Assembly (NCBI GenBank): GCA_964016885.1
Contig: CAXHJY010000770.1
Location: 1-34,613, forward strand
DNA length: 34,613 nt
Direction: 5' to 3'
Origin: Eledone cirrhosa
Taxonomy: Eukaryota
Shown piece by piece: positions 1-19,887 of this stretch; the first letter of the stretch is position 1, and the number at the start of each line of letters is the position of its first letter. Both the position numbers and the translations under genes were made by a program. The notes under the pieces were generated by a model that made no database searches, was not told the origin of the DNA, and was given only the letters and a program-made list of their open reading frames with translations.

Positions 1-3000
1 TTACTGTTTGCGGAGACATATCCGGGTGTGGGTGGTTTGTCCGGGATTACTTGGAGGAATTTGTCCAAAGACTTCTTGAATTTTGTGTGGTCAGTTTCTG
101 TTTTGACGTGTCCTGGTGTGATGTTGAAGAGAGCAGGGCCGATTGAGGTGAAATAATTGTGCCGTATTGTTGTTATGAGTTGCGATTTAGATTTTTGAAT
201 GGGACGGATAGCACGGGGCCCAAGCCTTGGGTGTATCTTGAAGGCGATGCCAACATCATTTGGGCAGTGATGATGGAACATTTTCCACATCATGCAGATA
301 ATATAACGCTCACGGCGACGTTGGAGTGAGTAAAGTTTCAGGTTTTCCAATCGACCCCAGTAGTCAAGGTCTGACATGCCATCTATCTTTTTCGTGATTG
401 CCCTTTGAGGAGCTTCAAGTTTCATGATACTTTGTTTCGTGTGGGGAGACCACAGTGGACAACAGTATTCAAGGTGTGGTCGGGCGAAAGTAGAGAAGAG
501 AAGGATAATGGTGCGGGAATCTCTCGACTGGAAGGTTCTGAGGATCCAGGAACACATTCTGCGGGCCATGTCAACTTTGCTGCTTATATGCGTGGTCCAG
601 CTTATGTTGCTGTCCACGGTTACTCCCAAGTCTCTGATGTTGTTAGATGCCACGAGAGTTTCCCCGGAGGGAAGGGAGTACGGGAGTTTCAGAGCATCCT
701 CTTTTCCAAAGTGGATCAGTTCGAATTTGTCTTCGTTCAGTAACATGTTGTTCTTTTCTGCCCATTGGGTAACAGCCAGTAGGTCTGACTGAAGGCTTAT
801 CCGGTCATCCACGCCATTGATGACCTTTTGGAGCTTGGAATCATCAGCGAAAATTTTAATGTTGCTGTGTTTGATGATGTCAGTGATGTCATTAATATAG
901 ATGATGAAGAGAAGTGGGCCCAACACAGTGCCTTGTGGGACTCCACTACTGACTTTGGCTGGGCTTGATTTGACTCCCTCAACTACAACATGTTGGGTTC
1001 TGTTTGACAGGAAGCTCTTGATCCACTGCAGCAGCTTTCCAGTGACACCAATATTGGACAGCTTTCTCAGTAGAATGTTATGATCAACCCTGTCAAAGGC
1101 CTTGCTGAAATCAAGGTAGATAACATCAGTGTTGGAACCCTCTCCCAAGGCTCTCAAAATGTCATCAAAGTGATGCAGTAGTTGCGTCAGGCAATCCCTT
1201 CCATTACGGAATCCATGCTGGTTGGAGTTCAGCATATTGTTACTCTCAAGGAAGTGGGTCATTCGCGATCTCACCACTCGCTCAAATACCTTAATGATAT
1301 GAGAGGTGAGTGAGATTGGACGGTAATTCACGGCAAGGGATTTGTTTCCCTTTTTGAAAACTGGGACAACAGACTGGGATAGAAGGTTTTCTGGCACATA
1401 TCCAGCATCCAGTGAGTTCCGCCACAGATTGGCAAGAGGAGAAGCAAGTTGGTGTTGACACGCCTTCAAGACACAAGCAGGGAACCTATCGGGACCTACT
1501 GCTGAATTATGCTTGATTTCCTTTATTGCCGCCAAGACATCAGGGGCGCCAAACGTTATGTCCGATAAGGTGTAATGGGGAGTAACATCGCCGATACAGC
1601 CCAGATCGGCCATATCAGGATTGCTGAAAACAGAGCAGTATTGTTTCTGCAGTATCTCACCCATGGTTTTAGCATTGTCTTGAAGAGTGCCATTTTCATC
1701 AATTAGAGGGCCAACAGTAGAGCCAGTGATTTTGTGTTTTTTTGCAAATGAAAAGAACACTTTGGGATTGAGTTTGATCTTCTCAATGGCCCAGGCCTCT
1801 TCAGCTCTTCTCTGATTGTTGATGAGGGACATTATGTTGTTTTGGAGGTTATGTTTTTTAATCTCTAGTGATGAAATGGCAGTCAAGTTGATGTGTTGCT
1901 GCTGACAGTATTTCAGATTGTTGATTTTTTTGTTCGTTCTCTTAATTTTTCTGATGAGCGTTTTTCTATTTCTAGGGATTCTGCTCTTAGATTTGTTTAT
2001 AGTTCTTAATGGGGTGTGTTTAGCACATATGTTTGTAACAGTGTCCACAAATGTCTGCCAGGACTTTTTGATGTTAGTGGGTGTATGAGTGTGCGTGAAG
2101 GACCAGTCGACATGTGCAAGATCATGACTGATCGCTTCCCAGTTTGCATTGTGGAAATCCATAGCGTCAAACGGATGGACAGGAGAAATGACATTGGGTT
2201 TGTATATTGGACGGTGGAATCTCAGATCACAGAGAACCATGTCATGATCAGAGAGTAGAGTTTTCTCCACTGCAATATTGTGGATATTGTCAGTGTGATT
2301 GCTGAAAATTAAGTCTAGGACGTTTTTGTGGCACCTCGTTGGTTCGAGCACTAGTTGGGATAGGAAGAAATCATCCATGAAGTCAAGAAGCGATTCCACA
2401 GCTTCCCTGTCAGAGGTTGAGGCAGAAGAACCTGGTGGCAGGGTGTTTGTGGACCAGTCAACTCCGGGGAGGTTGAAGTCCCCCATCATTAAGATGTTGT
2501 CAGGGTGACACTCTTGGATGAAACACTTTATGCTGTTGAGGCATTCCTTGAAGCATGGTACAGGCGTTTGGGGTGGCCTATAGAGCCCAACTACTAATAG
2601 GTTGTTGGTTTGACTGAATACAGTGACTGCCTCACAGTATCCATTAGTGAATATGTTCATAGCCTCTGTTGAGAAAGAATTATGGACATAAATGGCAGTT
2701 CCGCCCTTTCTTCTGCCAGCGCGATCAGCACGGATGGCTTTGAAATTTTTCACTTTCACCTCGGCTTCCAAGTGGAGGTTACTGAGATGGGTTTCAGTGA
2801 GGACGAAGAAAGGGATGTGGTTTGGATGGACATCAATCCAGTCCTCCAGGAATTTGATCTTCCATTTTTGAGTATTGGTGGAAGGGCTGATGCCTTGGGC
2901 GTTAAGCAAAAATGTAGAGGCGAGAGTGGATGGTTTTAATTGTTTTGGTGTGTTGTTAATTTGTTTGTTTGTTAATGGCAGCAATGGGAGTTTGTGCAGT

Positions 3001-3101
3001 GGGGTGATAGTGGAGGGTGGTGCTGGGTGATAGCTCGAATGTTTTTTTCCAGTTCTTTTGCCAGATTCATTATGGCTAAAAAAGAGGAAGAAGTTTCCTG
3101 T
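1..3101 (-). CDS. CR1 ORF2: AP endonuclease + reverse transcriptase (open frame; no in-frame ATG before 2660; stop lies just outside the window)
   Basis: Manual translation found no stop from 3101 (after TAA at 3104-3102) to position 1, and the frame is the same at both ends. APE motifs: LNAQG, LTETH, RADR..KGG, LYRPP, GDFNLP, LDLIFS, LSDH. RT motifs as above. Absent from the ORF track, presumably because it has no stop in the window. Copy 2 supplies the missing end ([11 protein letters not shown]). Confidence 0.9.
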
Positions 3102-3877
3102 TTAGAAGACTGTTGGTGACTGTGGTAGTGGTTATTTTTATGTAGGTTATGGTTTTTGTTTTTGCTTTTATTTTTAATTTTATTTTCATTTATCCGACGG
3201 GTCCCCGGGAGATGGGTAAAGGGACAATCCCGGTCTAAACACAATCTGTCTCGCAGGGAAAAACGGCAGATTTGTGGATTCCTTGTTTGAGTTATTGGTG
3301 GTTGTGTTGGTGTTAAATTAGAGTATGTATTATGGTGGTGGCTGTTTGTGGGGATAGATCGTTTTGTCCTAGGTAAATGGGTGAATTTGCAGCCACTATC
3401 CGTACATATTCTATAGCGTAGAGAGTAGCGGCAAATGATGGGGTTTCGAGTGGGTGGGTATATGGGTGTGGGTGTTGTGAGAGGTGTAGATGATGGTTTG
3501 GGTAGGATTTGACGACCTTTGTGGACTGTGGGAGGGAGAGTTCTTGTTCTGGTATTAGAAGGTAAATTCCTTGACATAGCAGTAGACAAAAATGTTGTAG
3601 TAGTAGTAGTAGTAGTAGGCAGAGATGTTGGCAGTGGTGATGATTGGACTGCTGGGCCAGAGAAAGGATGTGGCGTTTCATGCTGTGAGACAGAGGCTAC
3701 TGGGGGGTCAATAGTTTCATTTAGTAGATCGGCCATTGTTGATGAATCAAGGAGTGGTTCACACTGTTGTTGTTGCTGTTGTTGATGTTGTTGTTGTAGC
3801 TGTTGTTGATGTTGTTGTTGTAGCTGTTGTTGTTGTTGCTGTTGTAGCTGCTGTTGTTGTTGTTGCTGCTGCTGGAC
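2972..3877 (-). CDS. CR1 ORF1 (probably 5'-truncated): polyQ, Pro/Ser/Thr-rich linker, two CCCH zinc fingers
   Basis: Non-repetitive part of track ORF 2972..5839. [19 protein letters not shown] (3433-3377) and [19 protein letters not shown] (3268-3212) are both C-x8-C-x4-C-x3-H. First ATG is at 3736, but the frame stays open up to the TA junction. Confidence 0.8.
   Translation of the reverse strand, partial: VQQQQQQQQQLQQQQQQQLQQQHQQQLQQQHQQQQQQQCEPLLDSSTMADLLNETIDPPVASVSQHETPHPFSGPAVQSSPLPTSLPTTTTTTTTFLSTAMSRNLPSNTRTRTLPPTVHKGRQILPKPSSTPLTTPTPIYPPTRNPIICRYSLRYRICTDSGCKFTHLPRTKRSIPTNSHHHNTYSNLTPTQPPITQTRNPQICRFSLRDRLCLDRDCPFTHLPGTRRINENKIKNKSKNKNHNLHKNNHYHSHQQSSKQETSSSFLAIMNLAKELEKNIRAITQHHPPLSPHCTNSHCCH
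3764..3874 (-). repeat. (CAA/CAG)n trinucleotide tract, 37 codons of Q with L/H interruptions in the ORF1 frame
   Basis: Directly visible (tgt/tgc)n tract on +, in frame with ORF1. Confidence 0.95.
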
Positions 3878-7975
<4,098 letters not shown>

Positions 7976-8051
7976 TATATATATATGTATATGTATATAT
8001 ATATGTATATGTATATGTATATGTATATATATATATATGTATATGTATATG

Positions 8052-8085
<34 letters not shown>

Positions 8086-8175
8086 TATGTATATGGGTAT
8101 ATATGTATATGTATATATATATATATGTATATGGATATATGTATATATATATATATGTATATATATATATGTATA

Positions 8176-8218
<43 letters not shown>

Positions 8219-8311
8219 ATATATATATATATATGTATATGTATATGTATATATATATATATGTATATATGTATATATATGTATATGTATATATGTATAT
8301 ATATGTATATG

Positions 8312-8344
<33 letters not shown>

Positions 8345-8348
8345 GTAT

Positions 8349-8380
<32 letters not shown>

Positions 8381-8453
8381 GTATATATGTATATATATGT
8401 ATATGTATATATATATATATGTATATATATATATGTATATATATATATATAAG

Positions 8454-8522
<69 letters not shown>

Positions 8523-8523
8523 G

Positions 8524-8575
<52 letters not shown>

Positions 8576-8577
8576 TA
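7976..8577. repeat. Interrupted (TA)n array 2 (~0.6 kb), single-G interruptions
   Basis: Directly visible. Confidence 0.98.
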
Positions 8578-8857
8578 TTCATTTTCATTTCATTTTTACG
8601 TCCGCTTTTTCCCTGCTGGCAAGGGTGGGACGGGAACTGATTCTGGCTTGATTTCTACAGCTGGATGCCCTTCCTAACACCAACCTCATTTACAGTGAGT
8701 GCTGGGTGCTTTTTTGCCGTGGTACCTCCACGACCACTTTGCAGTGGAATGATATGGACCCCAGTCCCTATCATCTCATTTTTACAGCTGAGTAAACTGG
8801 AGCAATGTGAAATAAAGTGTCTTGCTCAACGAAACAACACATCACCCGGTCTGAGAA
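8578..8857 (-). mobile_element. 5'-truncated CORE-type SINE with RTE-derived 3' tail, copy 1
   Basis: Minus-strand TTGAGCAAGACACTTTATTTCACATTGCTCCAGTTTACTCAGCTGTAAAAATGAGATGATA resembles the MIR/CORE domain (recalled consensus). The last ~37 nt before the tail nearly match the 3' end of RTE-A at 13044-13079. Tail is (GAAAT/GAT)n-like. A second copy starts at 34403. Confidence 0.75.
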
Positions 8858-9642
8858 TGTGTATATATGTATATATATGTATATATATATGTGTATATAT
8901 GTATATATATGTGTATATATGTGTATATATGTATATGTGTATATATGTATATGTGTATATATGTATATATATGTATATGTGTATATGTGTATAAATGTAT
9001 ATATATATATATATATATGTGTATATATATATATATATGTGTATATATGTATATATATATATATGTGTATATATGTATATATATATATGTGTATATATGT
9101 ATATATATATATATATATGTGTATATATGTATATATATATATATGTGTATATATGTATATATATATATATGTGTATATATGTATATATATATATATATGT
9201 GTATATATGTATATATATATATGTGTATATGTGTATATATGTATATATATATATGTGTATATATGTATATATATAGTATATATGTGTATATATGTATATA
9301 TATGTGTATATATGTATATATATGTGTATATATGTATATATATGTGTATATATGTATATATATATATGTGTATATATGTATATATATATGTGTATATATG
9401 TATATATATATATGTGTATATATGTATATATATATATGTGTATATATGTATATATATATATGTGTATATATGTATATATATATGTGTATATATGTATATA
9501 TATATATGTGTATATATGTATATATATATATGTGTATATATGTATATATATATATATGTGTATATATGTATATATATATATGTGTATATATGTATATATA
9601 TATATATGTGTATATATGTATATATATATATGTGTATATATG

Positions 9643-9675
<33 letters not shown>

Positions 9676-10473
9676 GTGTATATATGTATATATATATATA
9701 TGTGTATATATGTATATATATATGTGTATATATGTATATATATATATATGTGTATATATGTATATATATATATGTGTATATATGTATATATATATATATG
9801 TGTATATATGTATATATATATATGTGTATATATGTATATATATATATGTGTATATATGTATATATATATATGTGTATATATGTATATATATATATGTGTA
9901 TATATGTATATATATATATGTGTATATGTATATATATATATGTGTATATATGTATATATATATATGTGTATATATGTATATATATATATGTGTATATATG
10001 TATATATATATATGTGTATATATGTATATATATATATGTGTATATATATATATATATGTGTATATATGTATATATATGTGTATATATGTATATATATATA
10101 TGTGTATATATGTATATATATATATGTGTATATATGTATATATATATATATGTGTATATATATATGTGTATATATGTATATATATATGTGTATATATTGT
10201 ATATATATATGTGTATATATGTATATATATATATGTATATATATGTGTATATATGTATATATATATATATGTGTATATATGTATATATATATATATGTGT
10301 ATATATGTATATATATATATATGTGTATATATGTATATATATATATATGTGTATATATGTATATATAATATATATATGTGTATATATGTATATATATATA
10401 TATGTGTATATATGTATATATATATATGTGTATATATGTATATATATATATGTGTATATACTATATATGTGTA

Positions 10474-10504
<31 letters not shown>

Positions 10505-11914
10505 GTGTATATATGTATATATATATATGTGTATATATGTATATATATATATGTGTATATATGTATATATATATATATGTGTATATATGTACATATATAT
10601 ATGTGTATATATGTATATATATATATGTGTATATATGTATATATATATATGTGTATATATGTATATATATATATGTGTATATATGTATATATATATATGT
10701 GTATATATGTACATATATATATATGTGTATATATGTATATATATATATATGTGTATATATGTATATATATATATATGTGTATATATGTATATATATATAT
10801 ATATGTGTATATATGTATATATATATATATATGTGTATATATGTATATATATATATGTGTATATATGTATATATATATATATGTGTATATATGTATATAT
10901 ATATATGTGTATATATGTATATATATATATATGTGTATATATGTATATATGTGTATATATGTATATATATATATATATGTGTATATATGTATATATGTGT
11001 ATATATATATATGTGTATATATGTATATATGTGTATATATATATATGTGTATATATGTATATATATATATATGTGTATATATGTATATATATATATGTGT
11101 ATATATGTATATATATATATGTGTATATATGTGTATATATATATGTGTATATGTGTATATATATATATGTGTATATATGTATTATATATATATGTGTATA
11201 TATGTATATATATATATATGTGTATATATGTATATATATATATGTGTATATATGTATATTATATATATATGTGTATATATGTATATATATATATATGTGT
11301 ATATATGTATATATATATATATGTGTATATATGTATATATATATATGTGTATATATGTATATATATATATATGTGTATATATGTATATATAATATGTGTA
11401 TATATGTATATATATATATATGTGTATATATGTATATATATATATATGTGTATATATGTATATATATATATATGTGTATATATGTATATATATATATATG
11501 TGTATATATATATATATGTGTATATATATATATATGTGTATATATGTATATATATATATATGTGTATATATATATATGTGTATATATGTATATATATTAT
11601 GTGTATATATGTATATTATATGTATATATATGTATATATATGTATATATATGTATATATGTGTATATATGTATATATATATATGTGTATATATGTATATA
11701 TATATATATGTGTATATGTGTATATATATATATGTGTATATATGTATATATATATATATGTGTATATATATATGTGTATAATATATGTATATATATATAC
11801 ATGTGTATATATGTGTATATATATATATGTGTATATATGTATATATATATATATGTGTATATAGTGTGTATATATATATATGTGTATATATGTATATAAA
11901 TATGTGTATATATG

Positions 11915-11945
<31 letters not shown>

Positions 11946-13020
11946 GTGTATATATGTATATATATATATGTGTATATATGTATATATATATATGTGTATA
12001 TATGTATATATATATATGTGTATATATGTATTATATATATATTTGTGTATATATGTATATATATATATGTGTGTATATATGTATATATATATATGTGTAT
12101 ATATGTATATATATATATGTGTATATATGTATATTGTGTATGTGTATATATATGTATATATATATATGTGTATATATGTGTAATATATATATGTGTATAT
12201 ATATATATGTGTATATATGTATATATATATATGTATATATATATGTTTATATATATATATGTGTATATATGTGTATATATATATATGTGTATATATGTAT
12301 ATATTATATATGTGTATATATGTATATATATATTATGTGTATATATGTATATATATATATATGTGTATATATGTATATATATATATATGTGTATATATGT
12401 ATATAATATGTGTAATATGTAATATATATATGTGTATATATGAATATATATATGTGTGTATATATATATGTGTATATATGTATATATATATATATGTGTG
12501 TATATATATGTGTATATATGTATATATATATATATGTGTATATATATATATGTGTATATATATATATGTGTATATATGTGTATATATATATATGTGTATA
12601 TATATATATGTGTATATATGTATATATATATATGTGTATATATGTATATATATATATGTGTATATATGTATATATGTGTATATATATGTATATATATATG
12701 TGTATATATATGTGTAATATATGTATATATGTATATATATATATGTGTATATATGTATATGTGTATATATGTATATATATATATATGTGTATATATGTAT
12801 ATATATATATATATGTGTATATATGTGTATGTGTATATATGTGTATATATATATATGTGTATATATGTGTATATATGTGTATATATATATATATGTGTAT
12901 ATATGTATATATATATATGTGTATATATATATATATATGTGTATATATGTATATATATATATGTATATATGTGTATATATATGTGTATATATGTGTATAT
13001 ATGTATATATATATATGTGT
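8858..13020. repeat. Interrupted (TA)n array 3 (~4.2 kb) with higher-order unit TGTG(TA)3TG(TA)n
   Basis: Directly visible ~18-26 bp compound unit. Confidence 0.98.
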
Positions 13021-13987
13021 ATCATCATCATCATCATCATTTTACGTCCGCTTTTCCCTGCTTGCAAGGGTGGGACGGGTCTTATTCAGCACAGCATCTC
13101 TCCACTCGTCACGGTCCCTCGTCATCTCCACTGTGAGCTTCAATGATCTGAGGTCTGTTCTCACCACCTCCGCCCATGTTATTCGTGGTCTACCTCTACC
13201 ACGTCTTCCTTCAACTGGCATTTCCTGGCACTTCTTCACCCATCGGTCATCCTCCATGCGCATCACATGTCCATACCACCTCAGTCTCCTCTCCCGTACA
13301 CTACATTCTATCCCTCTCAGACACAGTTTCTCTCTCAACACATTTATGCTGGGTCGTTCACGCACATTTACACTGCCCATCCAACGGAGCATGGTTGCCT
13401 TATTTCTCTCCAGCCGTCGCATATCCTCTGCGGTTGCTCCCCATGTCTCACTACCATGCAGCATCGCGCTCCTCACACAGGCATCATACAACCGGCCTTT
13501 CGTACGCAGGGAGAAACCCTTCTTCGTCAACAGAGGAAGCAGCTCCCTAAACTTCTTCCAACCCGTCCTTATTCTAGATACTATGGCCTCGGAACACCCT
13601 CCTCCCATGCTAATCTGATCTCTTAGGTACCGGAAGCTATCCACCACTTCTATAGCCCTCTCGCATTTGAAAAATGTGTCTATCAGTGCGACTTCTACTG
13701 TCTAATTTCCCTGTACATCTACTGCATACATATTTCTCCCTACCTGTTAGTTTGCCTGCTATCCCGCTACATCTCTTGTGTACCCAGGACCTACATTGTG
13801 TGCATTTTATAGAATTTATGCCAGTTCCTTTTCTGCATATCGAACATGGCCATTTCCCTGACGGAATCAGGGTTTTGTCCTCTTTTCTACTCATCAACAC
13901 TTTTGTCTTAGCTAGATTTACTCTCAGTCCTCTTGCTTCCAACTGCTGTTTCCATAGCCGGAATTTATTCTCTAGCTCCTCTACTGT
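13021..13987 (-). mobile_element. RTE-clade LINE family A, 5'-truncated and frameshifted; RT C-terminal part with PHD finger; (GAT)n tail
   Basis: Track ORFs 13637..13942 and 13042..13647 are in different frames and together give [10 protein letters not shown]-[PHD]-FRYL(R)[27 protein letters not shown]. The stop sits immediately before the (GAT)n tail. Confidence 0.92.
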
Positions 13988-15611
13988 ATATATGTATATA
14001 TATATATATATATATGTGTATATATGTATATATATATATATATATGTGTATATATGTATATATATATATATATGTGTATATATGTATATATATATATGTG
14101 TATATATGTATATATATATATGTGTATATATGTATATATATATATGTGTATATATGTATATATATATGTGTATATATGTATATATATATATATGTGTATA
14201 TATGTATATATATATATGTGTATATATGTATATATATATATATGTATATATGTATATATATATATGTCTATATATGTATTTATATATATGTCTATATATG
14301 TATTTATATATATGTCTATATATGTATATATATATATGTCTATATATGTATTTATATATATGTGTATATATGTATATATATATATATCTCTATATATGTA
14401 TTTATATATATGTGTATATATGTATATATATATGTCTATATATGTATTTATATATATGTCTATATATGTATATATATATGTGATATATTGTATATATATA
14501 TATGTGTATATATGTATATATATATATATGTGTATATATGTATATATATATATGTGTATATATGTATATATATATATATATGTGTATATATGTATATATA
14601 TATATATATGTGTATATATGTATATATATATATGTGTATATATGTATATATATATATGTGTATATATGTATATATATATGTGTATATATGTATATATATA
14701 TGTGTATATATGTATATATATGTGTATATATGTATATATATATATGTGTATATATATATATGTGTATATATGTATATATATGTGTATATATATATATGTG
14801 TATATATGTATATATATATGTGTATATATATATGTGTATATATATATATGTGTATATATGTATATATATATATATATATATGTGTATATATATATATATA
14901 TGTGTATATATATATATATATGTGTATATATGTATATATATATATGTATATATATGTATATATATATGTGTATATATGTATATATATATGTGTATATATG
15001 TATATATATGTGTATATATGTATATATATGTGTATGTATGTATATATAATGTATATATATGTGTATATATATATATATGTGTATATTATATGTGTATATA
15101 TGTATATATATGTATATATATATATGTGTATATATGTATTATATATATATATATGTATATATATATGTGTATATATATATGTTATATATATATATGTGTA
15201 TATATATATGTGTATATATATATATGTGTATATATATATATGTGTATATATATATATGTATATATATATATATGTATATATATGTGTATATATATATGTA
15301 TATATATATATGTATATATATGTGTATATATATGTATATATAGTGTATATATATGTGTATATATATGTATATATATATATATGTATATATATGTGTATAT
15401 ATATATATGTGTATATATATATATGTGTATATATGTATATATATGTATATGTATATATATATATATGTATATATATGTATATATGTATATATATATATAT
15501 GTATATATATATGTATATATATGTATATATATATGTATATATATATATGTATATATATATGTATATATATGTATATATATATGTATGTATATATATATGT
15601 ATATATATATG

Positions 15612-15660
<49 letters not shown>

Positions 15661-15672
15661 GTATATATATGT

Positions 15673-15721
<49 letters not shown>

Positions 15722-15775
15722 GTATATATATGTATATATATATATATATATATGTATATATAATGTATATATGTA

Positions 15776-15806
<31 letters not shown>

Positions 15807-16000
15807 ATATATGTATATATATGTATATATATTATATATATGTATATATATGTATATATATGTATGTATATATATATATGTATATATATGTATATGTATA
15901 TATGTATATATATATGTATATATATATATATATGTATATATATGTATATATATATATATATATACATGTATATATATGTATATATATATATATATGTATA

Positions 16001-16039
<39 letters not shown>

Positions 16040-16046
16040 ATATATG

Positions 16047-16145
<99 letters not shown>

Positions 16146-16162
16146 GTGTATATATATGTATG

Positions 16163-16195
<33 letters not shown>

Positions 16196-16203
16196 GTATA
16201 TAT
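13988..16203. repeat. Interrupted (TA)n array 4 (~2.2 kb), grading from TGTG units through a TGTC/TATT block (~14265-14465) to single-G units
   Basis: Directly visible. Confidence 0.98.
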
Positions 16204-16603
16204 ATCATCATCATCATCATCATCAACGTTTAACGTCCGTGTTCCACGCTTGCATGGGTTTGGACGGGGTAGTCCCACTTGAGGCAAGAGTGATTGTCTT
16301 GCTCGTATAGGACTGTCTGGCAGGTTTTCTACAGTTGGATGCCCTTCCTAACACAACCACATTTACAGTGTGGGTCTGGGAGGTTTTTACCGTGTTGCCT
16401 ACACGGCCACATTACAGCGTGGACTGTGTGTTTTTTTGTCGTGACACCTACACGATCTCATTTGTTTCGGCCTGGATGGCGCGGCACCAACATAACTTTA
16501 CATAGAACGGGGTGGTGTGGATGGGGTGGGGGTGGTGGCGGGACGGGGTGTAGTTTGTTAGAGATGCCTACTGGCAAGGCGGGTCTTCTCTGTTACTGAG
16601 TAC
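16204..16603 (-). mobile_element. RTE family B 3'-terminal fragment (last ORF codons, ~350-nt 3' module, (GAT)n tail)
   Basis: Closely matches 29898-30292 and 19384-19921; encodes the ...[14 protein letters not shown] end; flanked by TA on both sides. Confidence 0.92.
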
Positions 16604-19383
<2,780 letters not shown>

Positions 19384-19486
19384 ATCATCATCATCATCAT
19401 CAGGTTTAGCGTCCGTGTTCCACGCTTGCATGGGTTTGGACGGGGGTTTTCCCACTTGAGGCAAGAGTGGTTGTCTTGCTCGCATA

Positions 19487-19711
19487 GGACTGTCTGGCGG
19501 GTTTTCTACAGTTGGATGCCCTTCCTAACACCAACCACATTTACAGTGTGGGGCTGGGAGGTTTTTACCGTGTTGCCTACACGGCCACATTACAGCGTGG
19601 ACTGTCTGGCGGGTTTTCTACAGCTGGATGCCCTTCCTAACTCCAACCACATTTACAGTGTGGGGCTGGGAGGTTTTTACCGTGTTGCCTACGCGGCCAC
19701 ATTTACAGCGT
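19487..19711. repeat. Tandem duplication (112 + 113 bp) in the 3' module of RTE-B copy 1
   Basis: Units start with GGACTGT at 19487 and 19599, and a third GGACTGT is at 19712. The other copies have a single unit. Confidence 0.93.
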
Positions 19712-19887
19712 GGACTGTGTGTTTTTTTGTCGTGACACCTACACGATCTCATTTGTTTCGGCCTGGATGTTGTGGGACCAACATAACTGTACATTGAAAG
19801 GGGCGGTGTGGATGGGGTGGAGGTGGTGGGACGGGGGGGTGTTTTGATAGAGATGCCTACTGACTGAAGTAGGTTTTTACTTTGTAT

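Larger units (their letters stand above)
1..3877 (-). mobile_element. CR1-clade non-LTR retrotransposon (LINE), copy 1; 5' end abuts a TA array, 3' end runs off the window
   Basis: Two overlapping ORFs on the minus strand: a CCCH-finger ORF1 and an APE-RT ORF2 with CR1-type motifs ([79 protein letters not shown]). Confidence 0.93.

Noticed and set aside
2972-3877. Host polyQ/CCCH zinc-finger gene
   Set aside because: It directly overlaps the APE-RT ORF in LINE ORF1 position and shows no exon structure; better explained as ORF1.
8858-13020. CRISPR-like or telomeric array
   Set aside because: No unique spacers, no cas genes and no TTAGGG-type repeat; it is a compound microsatellite in eukaryotic retroelement context.
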